DNA of 64,000 nt from Felis catus (Eukaryota), in the NCBI RefSeq assembly GCF_018350175.1, contig NC_058369.1, positions 3,970,001 to 4,034,000 of the forward strand, in the 5' to 3' direction. Below are positions 1 through 11,040 of this stretch, in pieces. The translations under genes and the position numbers were made by a program. The notes beneath the pieces were generated by a model. That model searched no databases, was not told the origin of the DNA, and worked only from the letters and a program-made list of their open reading frames with translations. The first letter of the stretch is position 1; each line of letters starts with the position of its first letter.

Positions 1-242
1 CTGAGCACAGCCCACAGCCAGGGGGCAGGAGGGGACAGCTTGTCTGGCTCTGATCCATTCAACAAACTCAGGGTGATGATGGTGGGCAAGGCAATGGGGG
101 AGGGAAGCATGGAGGCAAATCTTAGCATTCCTTTGAGGATCTCAGGAGAACAAGAGGGGGCAGGGGAGGGAGCAGGACAGGCCTGGAGGTTGAGCAGACC
201 ATAGGACGCAGCATGTGTAGACACTGAAGTGATGGGCGAAAG

Positions 243-1262
243 AATGGATGGATAAAAATGGACGGACGGACGGATGGATGGTGGATGGATAGATGGATAA
301 ATGGATTGGTAGAGAGGTAGTTGGATGGATGGATGGATAGATGGGTGAGTGGGTGGGTAGAGTGGTAGTTGGATGGATAGGTGAGTGGGTGGGTCAGTGG
401 ATGGATGAGTGGATGGGTAGAGGAATTGGATAGATGGGTGGGTGGATGGATGGATGGATGAGTGATGATGGATAGAGAAGTAGTTGGATGGATAGGTGGG
501 TAGTTGGATGGATGGATGGAAGGATGGATGGATAGATAGATGGGTGGATGAGTAGAGGGCTAGTGGGATGGATGAGTAGGTGGGTGGATGGATGGATGAG
601 TAGAGGGGTAGTGGGATGGATGGATGGGTGGATGGGTGGGTGAGTGGTTGGATAGGGGATGGATGGGTGGGTAGGTGGGTGAGTGGTTGGATGGGGGATG
701 GGTGGGTGGGTGAGTGGTTGGATGGGGGATGGATGGGTGGGTGAGTGGTTGGATGGGGATGATGGATGGATGGGTGGGTCGGTGGGTGGGTGGATGGATG
801 GGTGGGTGAGTGGGTGGATGTGTGCATGAGTAGAGGGGTAGTGGGATGGATGGATGGGTGAATGGATGGATGGATGGATGGATGGATGGATGGATGGGTC
901 AGTGGGTGAATCGGTGGGTGGATGGATGGATGGGTGGGTGGGTGGGTGAGTGGTTGGATGGGGGATGGGTGGGTGGGTGAGTGGTTGGATGGGGATGATG
1001 GATGGATGGGTGGGTTGATGGGTGGGTGGATAGAAGGACAGATGCATAGATAGATGGGTGGATGAGTAGAGGGGTAGTGGGATGGATGGGTGGGTGGGTG
1101 GATGGATGGATAGGATGGATAAGTGATGGATAGAGAAGTCATTGGATGGATGGGTGGGTTAATGGATGAGCAGATGGACAGAGAGGTAGTTTGATGCATA
1201 GGTGGATGGATAGATGGATGACTGGATGGATAGAGAGGTAGTTGGATGGACGGGTGGGTGGA
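243..1262. repeat. (GGAT)n/(GGGT)n low-complexity satellite-like tract
   Basis: About 1 kb of GGAT/GGGT tetramers with recurring longer sub-units (gggtgggtgagtggttggatgggg; gagtagaggggtagtgggatgga); explains the His/Pro ORF 394..1047. Confidence 0.95.
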
Positions 1263-1399
1263 CAGACAGCACTCCTAACTATAACGACAATAGCCAAGGG
1301 TAGTACATACCATTACCACATAGTATGTTCTGAGCACATGACCTCACCAAACCTCAGACTGATGCTTTCACTCCAGAGTTGGGGCATCTGAGGGTCAAG

Positions 1400-2710
1400 A
1401 GTCCTTCCTGCTGCTGTCCTGAGTCTGCCCTTGTCAAGGTGATCTCCCAGTGTCCAAACCCAGCAGTCGCCTCTCAGCCCCGTCCCACACTGACTCCCAG
1501 CAGCATCTCACCTCGCCAGTCCGTCCTCCTGGGAACTCTGTCCTCACTGGGCCCCTGGAGCCTGCCCCCACCTGGCTTCCTCCTGTCGTCTCTGATGGAC
1601 CCCAGCTTCTCACCTTTTCTGCTCAGTTTCTAAACCCAGGACGGCCCTTGGACATCTCTCTCTCTCCCCGGCCCCCCCACCCAGCCCCATGGGTTCAAAT
1701 ACCTTCTTCCATCATGGAACACCAGATTTACGTCTTCAGAGGGCATCTCTCCCCCCAGCTCCAGACTCTAATTTCCAGCTGGCCCACTGATATCCTCCCG
1801 TGGGCCCCCACAACACGCCGAAGTCAAATCTCAACTCCGACCGCCCCCACCGGCTCGCCCCTCCCCCAGCCGCCCCATCTTGGCTGACGCCCATTCCACC
1901 CCGCCAGGTGTCCGGGGCAGACACTCTGGCATCGTCCCCAGCTCCCCTCATTTCCCCACACCCCGCAACCAGTTCCTTAGAGAATTCCACGGACGCTACC
2001 TTCACAGTCTATCCAGAAAGTGCCCCCTCCGCCTCCCTCCTCCGCATCGGCTGGCCCAGCTCCAGAAACACCAGCCCAGCACCCTAGTCCCAGGCTCCCA
2101 CGCTCGCCCCTGGCAATGGGCCCTCCCTGCGGGGAACACCAGAGGGCGCCTGTGGGCACCCGAGTCAGGTGCCGCCGCCCTTTGCCCGCAGACCTCCAGG
2201 GCTCCCCCCTCCCTGAGGTAAAAGCCCAAATCCTCCCCGCAGCCCCCAAGGGCCCGCACAACCTGCCCCGTCTCCCCCTCCCTCCTTCCCCCTCTGATCC
2301 CTCTGCTCCAGCCACACGGACCGCTTCACTGTTCCTCCAACACGCCAGGCGCAGTGCTGCCCCAGGACCTTTGCACAGGCGGGTGCCCTCTGCCTTCCTC
2401 CCCACCACCTCCTTTGGTCTCTACTCACACTCCACCTTCTCCCTGGGGCCTCCCCCGACCACCCTATTTAAGATTTACTCTGTTTGAAATCTCAGCGCTG
2501 AGCCCTTCCCCACAAATCTCATCCGCCTTTGCGGCTTGATTTCTTTCCCTGAGCCCTCACCGCCTCTGACCCGCTGTCTGTTTTACGTGTTTACTTTTGA
2601 GCGTACGACGTCAGCTCTTGAAAGCGGAGATTTTCATTCTGTTCTGTTTACCGTTTCCTCCCAGCACCTACGACAGCGTGTGACACGCAGCTAATATTTG
2701 TTGAATAATT
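1400..2710 (+). mobile_element. Ancient LINE-2 (L2a-like) remnant with degenerate RT segment and 3' end
   Basis: ORF 1379..1633 contains ESALVKV...LLGTLSSLG resembling L2 RT (ETALxKV...LLETLSSLG); L2 hallmark ctctgctccagccacac...ccccaggacctttgcac at ~2300-2375; 3' end aatatttgttgaat at ~2694-2707. Confidence 0.75.
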
Positions 2711-3290
2711 AAATACTTAAGGGAAGTCCCAGTGCATTGAATACGCATCTACTGTTGCCGTAGTCGGGAAGATTCGTCCAGGAAAAGAGAAACTGCGAGC
2801 AGAGACAGGTGGGTAAGCCCGTGACCAGCGTGGACCAGGCTTTCCTGACCTCAGCCCCAAAACGTGGCAGCAAAAGGAAGCCCTGTCCGCTCCTCCAGCG
2901 GGCTGGGGACTGAGACGGGGGCCTGGACCCCCCGCCCCCGGCCTCGGCTCTCCCGCTCACCCCTCCCTCGGGCTGCTGACTTTGAGGAAATTTCTCTTCT
3001 GAGAATGGTCGCGGAAGCCTTTTGCACCCTCGGCCGGTGGCACGTGAGCCTGGGAAAAACACGGAAAGGTCAATGTCTATAATTGAATTTTCCCCGAGAT
3101 AAAAATAGCATCTTTGTAATCGTTTCAAGGGTGCTGAGGGAGGGAAGCAGGGAGGGAGCGCGAGAGAGCCAGCCGCATGCGGCTGGGAAGTTCCAGGCTC
3201 TGGTCTCAGCCCACCTGAGCGCGCGGGCTGAGTGACCTTGGGCACGTCACCTGCCTGAGTGGCTTGGGCCGGCTTCTCCCCGGGGAAACT

Positions 3291-3292
<2 letters not shown>

Positions 3293-3330
<38 letters not shown>
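3293..3330. repeat. (TG)n microsatellite
   Basis: Direct inspection. Confidence 0.97.
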
Positions 3331-3332
<2 letters not shown>

Positions 3333-3916
3333 TGATTGTCCTAGCGAGTAGCTAAACTGTCCCCGTTAGCGCTGGACACGGGAAGGTTCCTCATCACCCG
3401 CCCTCGCGTCTCCGCCACTCCCTCCCTCCACTCCCACGGGCCTCCCACCTGGAGCCCCTCCCTCCCCTCCCCTGTCCAGACCTCAGGTGCGCTGCTTGGG
3501 GGGGAAGTCACTTCCCTACACCCAGCCTCGGTCCCCTCATCTGTCAAACTGACATCCTGGGCCCTTTGTCCATCATCAGGGCCACGTGTGGCAGCATTCG
3601 GTCCCGGGCTTGGCACGGGGTCATCTCCCGGAGGACGGGGCTCTGACTGGATGCGTGCACCTTCTTCTGGGCCCGCCGTCGAGCCTCTGCGTGAGCTGTG
3701 TCTCCTGCCTGGTGGCCCTCCCTTTCTTCCCCCCGCTTTGGGTGGATCTCTTCCCCTCTCCGGGACTCCGTTTTCCTGGGAAACGAACACGGAACAACAG
3801 TGCTGAGCTCACAGTGTGACAGTTAAAGAAGTAACGTCCATGAGGCACAGTGCCTGGTACATAGTAGGCGCTCAATAAATGCTCCGCAAACAATATTATT
3901 GCTATTATTCTTAAAA

Positions 3917-4128
3917 TTTTTTTTAACATTTATTCATTATTAAGAGACAGAGTGTGAGCATGGGGGGGTGGGGGGGGCAGAGAGAGAGGGAGACACAGAA
4001 TCCGAAACAGGCTCCAGGCTCCGAGCTGTCAGCACAGAGCCCGACGCGGGGCTTGAACCCACACACCCTGAGATCATGATCTGAGCTGAAGTCGGACGCT
4101 CAGCTGACTGAGCCACCTAGACCACCCC
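3917..4128 (-). mobile_element. Can-SINE (SINEC_Fc-like)
   Basis: Reverse of tRNA-derived head, (GA)n tract and poly-T; flanking direct repeat caaacaatattatt at ~3887 and ~4137. Confidence 0.93.
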
Positions 4129-4616
4129 CCCCCCCACAAACAATATTATTATCCTTGATCCTGGGGGACTGGAGGACCCACCAGCCGCAGAACAGGCACA
4201 AGCCGAGGACGGATGAGCCACGGAAACCACACGATTGCAAACTGCAAAGTCCCTGTGAAACGTCACCCAGCCAAGTCCGTCCCCTTCGAGGACAAAAGGG
4301 ATTCTTCTCCTTTTGTGGTGCCCCATGAAGCAAGCTATTTACCCCTTCTAGGCCCCTGATTTGCCAGTTGTAACGGAGAGGAGTAGGCCAGGTGCTCCCG
4401 GAGGGCTGTTTGGTGCATCTTGACTTTCCCCCAAGCTAGATATGACAGCTGGAGACATTTTTATGGGGGGGGGGGGCAGCCCTTAAATCTCCATTTGCAC
4501 CCAAGGGACACCTGTTCTCAGGCCTGTCCCGATCATCTCACACCCAACTCAGGCATCGGCGAAAAAGGTCTTGCAACGTCAACACGCTGGGTTGGGAAAA
4601 AAAATAATATATATAT

Positions 4617-4743
4617 ATTTTTAAGTAGGGTTCACACTTAGCACGGAGCCCAACTCGGGGCTCGAACTCACAACACCGAGCTCAAGACCTGGGCTGAGGT
4701 GGAGAGTCAGACCCTTAACCCAATGAGCCCCCCAGGCGCCCCT
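4617..4743 (-). mobile_element. Short/older Can-SINE
   Basis: ggggctcgaactcac...gagccccccaggcgcccc reverse head, lacks CT tract. Confidence 0.85.
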
Positions 4744-5070
4744 GGGTTGAGAAATTCAGCAAGTCTTGATACACTGCTCGTGAACGAGCCCGACGGGTAC
4801 CTTCTGAGCTCCTACTGTGTGCCAGGCTGCGCTGAGCGCCAGGGACAGTGCAGTGACCAAGACAGAAAACCCCCGGCCCTCATTTGAGGGATTCGTCCAA
4901 TTGCATCTATGGCGAGGACCAGAAGGAAGCAGGTGCAGAGAGAGCACGTGTCCACAGGCACAGAGAGAAGACAGGAAGGAAACCGGTGGGAGCAGGAACC
5001 GTGGTTATGGGGGACGGGGGGGAGAGGCGGATGTCCAAGGAGTGGGTGATCCCCATCAGAAGCGGATCCC

Positions 5071-5251
5071 GGGGCGCCCGGGCGGCTCAGTCGGTTAACG
5101 TCCGACTTCGGGTCCGGTCACGATCTCACAGTTCGTGGGTTCAAGCCTCACGTCCGGATCTCTGCTGTCAGAACGGATCCCCTGTTCCCCTCTCTCTCCC
5201 TGTCCCCACCCCCCCGCCCCGATTCATTCTCTCTCAAAAGTAAATACACAT
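5071..5251 (+). mobile_element. Can-SINE (host of nested SINE)
   Basis: ggggcgcccgggcggctcagtcggtt head; A-tail resumes after 5477. Confidence 0.85.
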
Positions 5252-5252
5252 C

Positions 5253-5465
5253 GGGGCGCCTGGGTGGCTCAGTCGGTTGAGCGGCCGACTTTGGCTCAGG
5301 GCATGATCTCGCGGTCCGTGAGTTCGAGCCCCGCGTCGGGCTCTGCGCTGACAGCTCGGAGCCTGGAGCCTGTTTCCGATTCTGTGTCTCCCTCTCTCTC
5401 TGCCCCTCCCCCGTTCATGCTCTGTCTCTCTCTGTCTCAAAAATAAATAAACGTTAAAAAAAAAA
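5253..5465 (+). mobile_element. Young SINEC_Fc nested in tail of previous SINE
   Basis: Canonical ggggcgcctgggtggctcagtcggtt head; perfect TSD aaaagtaaatacacat at 5236-5251 and 5462-5477. Confidence 0.96.
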
Positions 5466-5935
5466 GTAAATACACATTAAAATAAATAAAATAAAAGGAC
5501 GTAGGCCACCATCCGTCACTGTTCTGTTTTCGCGTGTGTGCAAATTTCCTCGACGCCGAGAGGTTTACGTAAAAACTTCCGATAAAGTCGTTTTTCCCCA
5601 GGAAGCGTCTGGAGACGTGAACACGTATGAAGCTGCCAGGGTGTTATTTCCTGGCCTGTAATGACAACACATCAGACACCCCCTAAACGCTTCACAATAG
5701 AAGATCAATTTAAAAACCAGTGTGTGACCGTCAGATAAATTGCACTGTGTGGAATCACATCGAAAACAGACCAAAAGGAAGCGGACCTAGACGTTGGCGC
5801 TCCGGGGGCAGATGACAGCCGAGTTCCCTTCCTCCTCTTTAGCTCGCGGGGATCTTCTGAATTTTCTGCAGCGGGCAGATTTCCGTCTGTGGTCGAACAA
5901 CATCAGCGAAGTCGTGTTTTCTTAAAGAAAGAGGG

Positions 5936-6160
5936 GGGGCGCCTGGGTGGCGCAGTCGGTTGAGCGTCCGACTTCAGCCAGGTCTCGATCTCGCGGTACC
6001 GTGGGTTCGAGCCCCGCGTCGGGCTCTGCGCGGACAGCTCGGAGCCTGGATCCTGCTTCTGATTATGTGTCTCCCTCTCTCTCTGCCCCTCCCCCGTTCA
6101 TGCTCTGTCTCTCTCTGTCTCAAAAATAAATAAATGTTAAAGAAAAATTTAAAAAAAAAT
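5936..6160 (+). mobile_element. SINEC_Fc
   Basis: Canonical head, CT tract, A-rich tail. Confidence 0.95.
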
Positions 6161-7786
6161 AAAGAGGAAAGAGGGAAACGGGGGGGGGACCCCAAGAAAG
6201 TTGGGGGCCAGTTGAGGCATGAGCCTAACTCCATCGTTACTGTGGCACTACTAAGGGGGGACCTTGGTTTTCTCACCTGTAAATGGGGAGAAGGCTTGTA
6301 AGGCCACGTGGGTCGGCGGTGAGGGTCCAGGCTAGCCGTCGCGGGAAGCTGTCACCTCTTGTCTAGAGGCCACTCCTCCTCTGGCCTCCTGGCCCCCCGT
6401 CTCTGTGCCCGGCAGACCCAGAAGTCACCAATGAAGCCTCTCCCCTCCTTGCTTGGATCTTTTTCCATTCAATGAGGCAGATAGGGTGGCATGGGCTCGC
6501 TTGGCAAATGAGGGAACTGAGGCATGGGGCCCCTGTCTGGGCCTTTCTGGGCCTGGGTCGCTGTGTTACCCAGCTACGGAGGAGCAGACCCAGGATTTGA
6601 ACTCCTGCCGGTCTAGCGCCCGAGGCCTAACTGCTGTACCACCCGGCTCCCCCCCCCCCAATCCCCGTCCTCTCCCTGCCCTCCCCTCCTCCTCTCTCCC
6701 CCTCACTCCCTCTCCTCCAGCCACGTGGGCCTCCTCCCTGTCACTCTAACATGCCAGGCACGGTCCTGCCCCAGGACCTTTGCACGGACTCCTCTTTCTG
6801 CCCGGAGTGCTTCCCCCTCCAGAGACCCTCCCGGGTCTCTCTCCCGGCTTCACTTTTCTCCATTGCCCTCTCCAAACCATTTGCTATTTTCCACATCGAT
6901 CATTGCCTTGAGTCCCCATCAGATTCGTTAGCAACCCCACCGGGATTTACCCACTGCTGCAAATCGCCAAGCCCACCACAGGACTTTGCGCCCGGCAGGT
7001 GCTCAATAAAAGCTGGTTGAATGAATGAGTGACTGAATCCCGGAAGAGGGACGGCCGTTCGCGCCCCATTCACACCTGGCCACAGCCCATCCCCCCCCCA
7101 TCGCTGGGCCTCGAGGGCCTCGCTGGGGCAGGTGCCGGGTGTAGCTGGCAGGTGGACCCGCGGGGCAGGGACTCCCGTCCTGGAACGCAACCCCAGCGGA
7201 GGGCTACACGGGTGTGTCCCAGGATGTGCCTGCGGGGTTGCTGGGGGCACGTGACCCTCAGGGGGGAACACGGGGCATAAAGCAGGGAATGTGCACCTTA
7301 CGGAAACCTAGGTGGCCGTTAAGTAAGAAGCCCGGAGGGGGGGGGGGCCTGGGACACGGGTCATCGGCTTCTGAGAGTGGGAGGCTGTCCGGCAAGCAGA
7401 GCTCAGGAGGACTGACCAGCTGTGGGGCGCTGGGTAAGGTGTGCTGTGCGAATTCTCCCATCAGACTCCCCCATTTGACAGGTGGGGACACGGGGGCACA
7501 GAGAGGTTAAGCCCCTGGCCCGAGGTCACACAGCCAGCCTACGGCACAATTGGGAATTAAACGCGAGTTCTCTGATGTTCCCATCGGTGTTCTTACCCTC
7601 TCCGCCCCGTCTGTCCCTTTATTCCCTCGACGGGCACGTGCTGACCACCGTGTGCCAACCCTGTGGCGGACGTCAGAGAGCCCGCGGAGCACAGGACGGG
7701 TGATATTTCCACCCTCCTGGAGCGGCGGGGAGCTGGGGAGACACAGAAATATCCAAGGGGACAAATGCTCAAAATGGTCATTTCCA

Positions 7787-8008
7787 TTTTTTTTTAACGT
7801 TTATCTATTTTTGAGAGACCGAGAGAGACGGAGCGTGAGCGGGGGAGGGGGCCGAGAGAGAGGGAGACACAGAATCGGAAGCAGGCTCCGGGTTCCGAGC
7901 CGTCAGCACAGAGCCCGACGCGGGGCTTGAACCCACCGACCGCGAGAGCGTGACCATGACCTGAGCCAGAGTTCGACACTTAACCGACTGAGCCCCCCAG
8001 GCGGTCCC
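7787..8008 (-). mobile_element. Can-SINE
   Basis: Reverse SINE body gagagggagacacagaatcggaagcaggctcc... Confidence 0.93.
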
Positions 8009-8089
8009 AGAATGGCGATTTCAAACAGTGATAAGTGATGGGCAGGAGAGAAGCAGGATGATGGGGGGGGGGGTGGAGGGGATGCAACT

Positions 8090-8445
8090 TTAGCCTGACG
8101 GACTGGGAGGGCCTCTCTGACCTGGGGACATCTGAGTTGAGACCTGAACAATGAGGAGACAGCCATGGGAACCCGTGGAGGAAGGGTGTCCCGAGCAGGC
8201 AGAATAGTCCGTGCAAAGGTCCTGGGGCGGGACCCCACCTGGTGTGTGGCAGGGACAGCGAGGAGGCCCGCGTGGCTGGAGCAGAGCGAGCCAAAGAGGT
8301 GGGGAGAGAGGGAGGAGGGGAGGGCAGGGAGGGGACAGGGCAGATGGTGCAGGGCCTTGGGGGCTGCTGGGAGGACGTGGGCTTTTCTCCTGAGGGAGCT
8401 GGGAGCCCTGGAGGGCTGTGGGCGGAGGAGGGCAGGACCCGATTT
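8090..8445 (-). mobile_element. L2-derived GC-rich repeat copy
   Basis: Reverse complement contains ctccagggctccc...aaaagccc...ctctgctccagccacgcgggcctcc...ccccaggacctttgcac. Confidence 0.75.
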
Positions 8446-10066
8446 CGATTTCGAAACAAGTGCTCCGCCAAAGAGCCGCACTTGGCCCGGCTGCTTCCCT
8501 AATCCCTAGGTGATTCCTCTCCGAGGTCCCCGGCGTGTGGGCGACTGGGTGGGAAAAAGCCTGTGGTTTGGTCGGAGAGGGTGGCGGGCTCGTCCGGTTT
8601 CGCCCAGACCTTCCCCGGTGTCGGTGCCATCCTGGCTTTCACGGGCTGGGTGGGGGAGGGGAGGCCCCAGGCTGCTTCCAAACTGCGTGACAGCAAAAGT
8701 GACCCGAGGCATTCCTGCCCGGGACGAAGGAAGGAAGCTCACAGCAAGCCCCGGCGGGAGAGGCGGCTCTTGTGGGGCTCTACAACCTTCTTTGGCTCCC
8801 GCTGCCCTCTGGAACCGATCCTACCCCTTCCCCTGCAGCCCAGGATGCCCTGCGGGACTTAGCTCCACCCCTCCTGAGTTACCCTCGGTCTCCGTCTTTG
8901 CTCCGGCTTCCAGACCTTCGAATACAGTTTTCCCAGAACTCCTTTCTTGGCTCACCCGGAGCACTCCCACTTAGGGCCCCTGGTGGCCGCCCTCGATAGA
9001 CAAGCATCTGTTTGAGTTCCTGCTTTCGGTTATCTGGGGGTATACGGCCTCACCGTTCTTTAAACACACGGCCCTGCCTCAGGGCCTTGGCACGGGCCAC
9101 GGCCAACAGCCCCCGGCTCCCCGTCTGCCCCACGGGTTGCAGGGCACATGCTTGAGGGCAAATCCCCACCTGGGGGGTTACAAGGGCTGGGTTGGGACAT
9201 CCCACCGGCCTCCTCCGCATTGTTCAGAGTCAGTAACGCTCACCTCATTAGGTCATCTCACCTTGTGCGTCCTCTTCTGATATTCTCTTCGTCATCCACG
9301 CCGTCCCACGCTCGCCACGCCTGGGCCAGGGGCCTGGCACCTCGCAGCCTCCAGGACTCGGCGGTGAGCGCCTCCTGGCAGGCTGCCCCGCCGCCGTTTG
9401 TCGTGCCAACGGCCTTGGGTGCCGGCCTTTGTTCCCCCGGCCCCTGTCCACCCGCTGCGGCAGGCCCCACGGACGTCCCCATTTTACAGATGAGAAAAGA
9501 CGAGGCTCGGAGAGGGTCTTCGGCTCTCGTGTGAGGCCCCGCAGGGAGATAGATCCAAGTCCACGCAGCCGGACTCCGGTCCCCAAGGCCGCACCTCCTG
9601 GCTCTGAGCCTGGGACGCACGGTGGCATTTTGCTTTATTATTTCCCGGGCGCCCTGTTAATTGTCCAAAGCACGCGATTAGCACATCCTTTATATACGGC
9701 CCGATGTCTAATTGTCCAGACCGCGGAACCGGTGACTCAAAGCCTCCCTAATTGTCTTCTCTGCACAATTAGTACCTCGTTATATATGGCTCTGTGGTTG
9801 CCCGCTCTTCTATAGGCTGCCGGCCTCGCTTCTAATTGTCGGGACGCTGTAATCAATGCCTGCACTAGGGCGTCCTCCCCGCTCTGTGTGGTTAGAGCCA
9901 CACGCGTCCCTGGGGTGGGGGCTGGCAGTGCTCAGAGGAGGAAAGCGGAACCCCTGCCCACAGGGGGGTCGCCGTCCAGTTGAGAGGGCAACAGGCGAAA
10001 GCGGGGTTCCCGTCACGTTTGTGGGAGCCGCAGAGCCTCGGTGTAGAGCGGGGACGCGGAGCAAGG

Positions 10067-10080
10067 GTGCCCTCTGCTGG
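10067..10080 (-). promoter_or_regulatory. CTCF core motif match
   Basis: Reverse strand reads CCAGCAGAGGGCAC, fitting the CTCF core consensus; binding not shown. Confidence 0.45.
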
Positions 10081-10301
10081 AGGAGGGGCCCTCGAGGATG
10101 GGTCGTGCGGGACGCATAGGAGTTTGTGAGGCAGAAGGGAATTCTGAGCAGAAGGAACAGCACGCACGTAGGTGCGGGTGTCGCAAAGAGCTGGGCATCT
10201 GCACGGCACGGGGCGGGGGGCTGAGAGTTACTGAAGTAGTCTGGCTGGGGTGTGGAATTAGGGCGGGGGGGGCACGTCGGGAGAGATTTAGGATGAGTTC
10301 G

Positions 10302-10303
<2 letters not shown>

Positions 10304-10340
<37 letters not shown>
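10304..10340. repeat. (GA)n microsatellite
   Basis: Direct inspection. Confidence 0.95.
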
Positions 10341-10341
<1 letters not shown>

Positions 10342-10604
10342 AGAGAGCCGGAAGCAAGAGGCCCGCCTTGGTTGCTATATCAGCCACCGAGCCGCGGGGG
10401 GACTCGTTACGTGGCATCATCGCAGCCGTAGCTGACTGCTACAAGGCTCCGTCAACAGGGTCAGGACGCTCCGGGGTCAGGCGCCTGCCGGCCGCCGTGG
10501 AAGCTGAGCCCCGTCGCGCCCCACGCACCTGTCCCATCCGGAGGAGCCCCACGCGGCCCCACCGGAAATCTCCAACTAGACGGGCGCCGGCCTCCTGCAG
10601 CTGC

Positions 10605-11040
10605 TCCCTGAATTAAGAAACTCGAGGGGTTCCAATAGGTTCTGTGCTCAATTAGCCATGAAACTACCAGGGAAAACCTAGCTCGGGGCGGCGGTGGGGG
10701 GGGGAGGGAGAAGATCCGCAGTGATATATCTCCTGGAGGGGGACAGAAAAGAAGATGCGAGAGCTCAGCAGCGGAATGTTCTATAAGAACCTTTTAAAAG
10801 CAAACACAGGAGACATGAGCAGTTTTTAAAATGACAGGCAATACAATGGAAGATAATATATTTAAAACCCATATCAGTTGTTAACAGACCATAAAAATAC
10901 AGCTACATTAATCTGAGCTGTCTGTCACGGGCCCTCAGAGCAGCTGCGTGATTTTATAGTTTCGCTCCTGGAGGTTTCCTTGACACTTGCACAAATACAT
11001 CTCAATTTATTTGGATAAGGACAATAGAAATATTGCACTT
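10605..11040. promoter_or_regulatory. Candidate conserved non-coding element/enhancer
   Basis: Non-repetitive AT-rich block in GC-rich surroundings with TAAT/ATTA, TGACAG, CATAAAA and ACAAT motifs. Confidence 0.45.

Noticed and set aside
394..1047. 217-aa His/Pro-rich ORF
   Set aside because: Translation of the (ATCC/ACCC)n simple repeat
5253..5340. tRNA-like A/B boxes (tggctcagtcgg, gagttcgagccc)
   Set aside because: SINE heads derived from tRNA; no full cloverleaf
5135..6276. Recurrent peptides such as MAQSVERPT...SLEPASDSVSPSLSAPPP and ERGRGRERGRHRI across the window
   Set aside because: Translations of Can-SINE bodies, not a gene family
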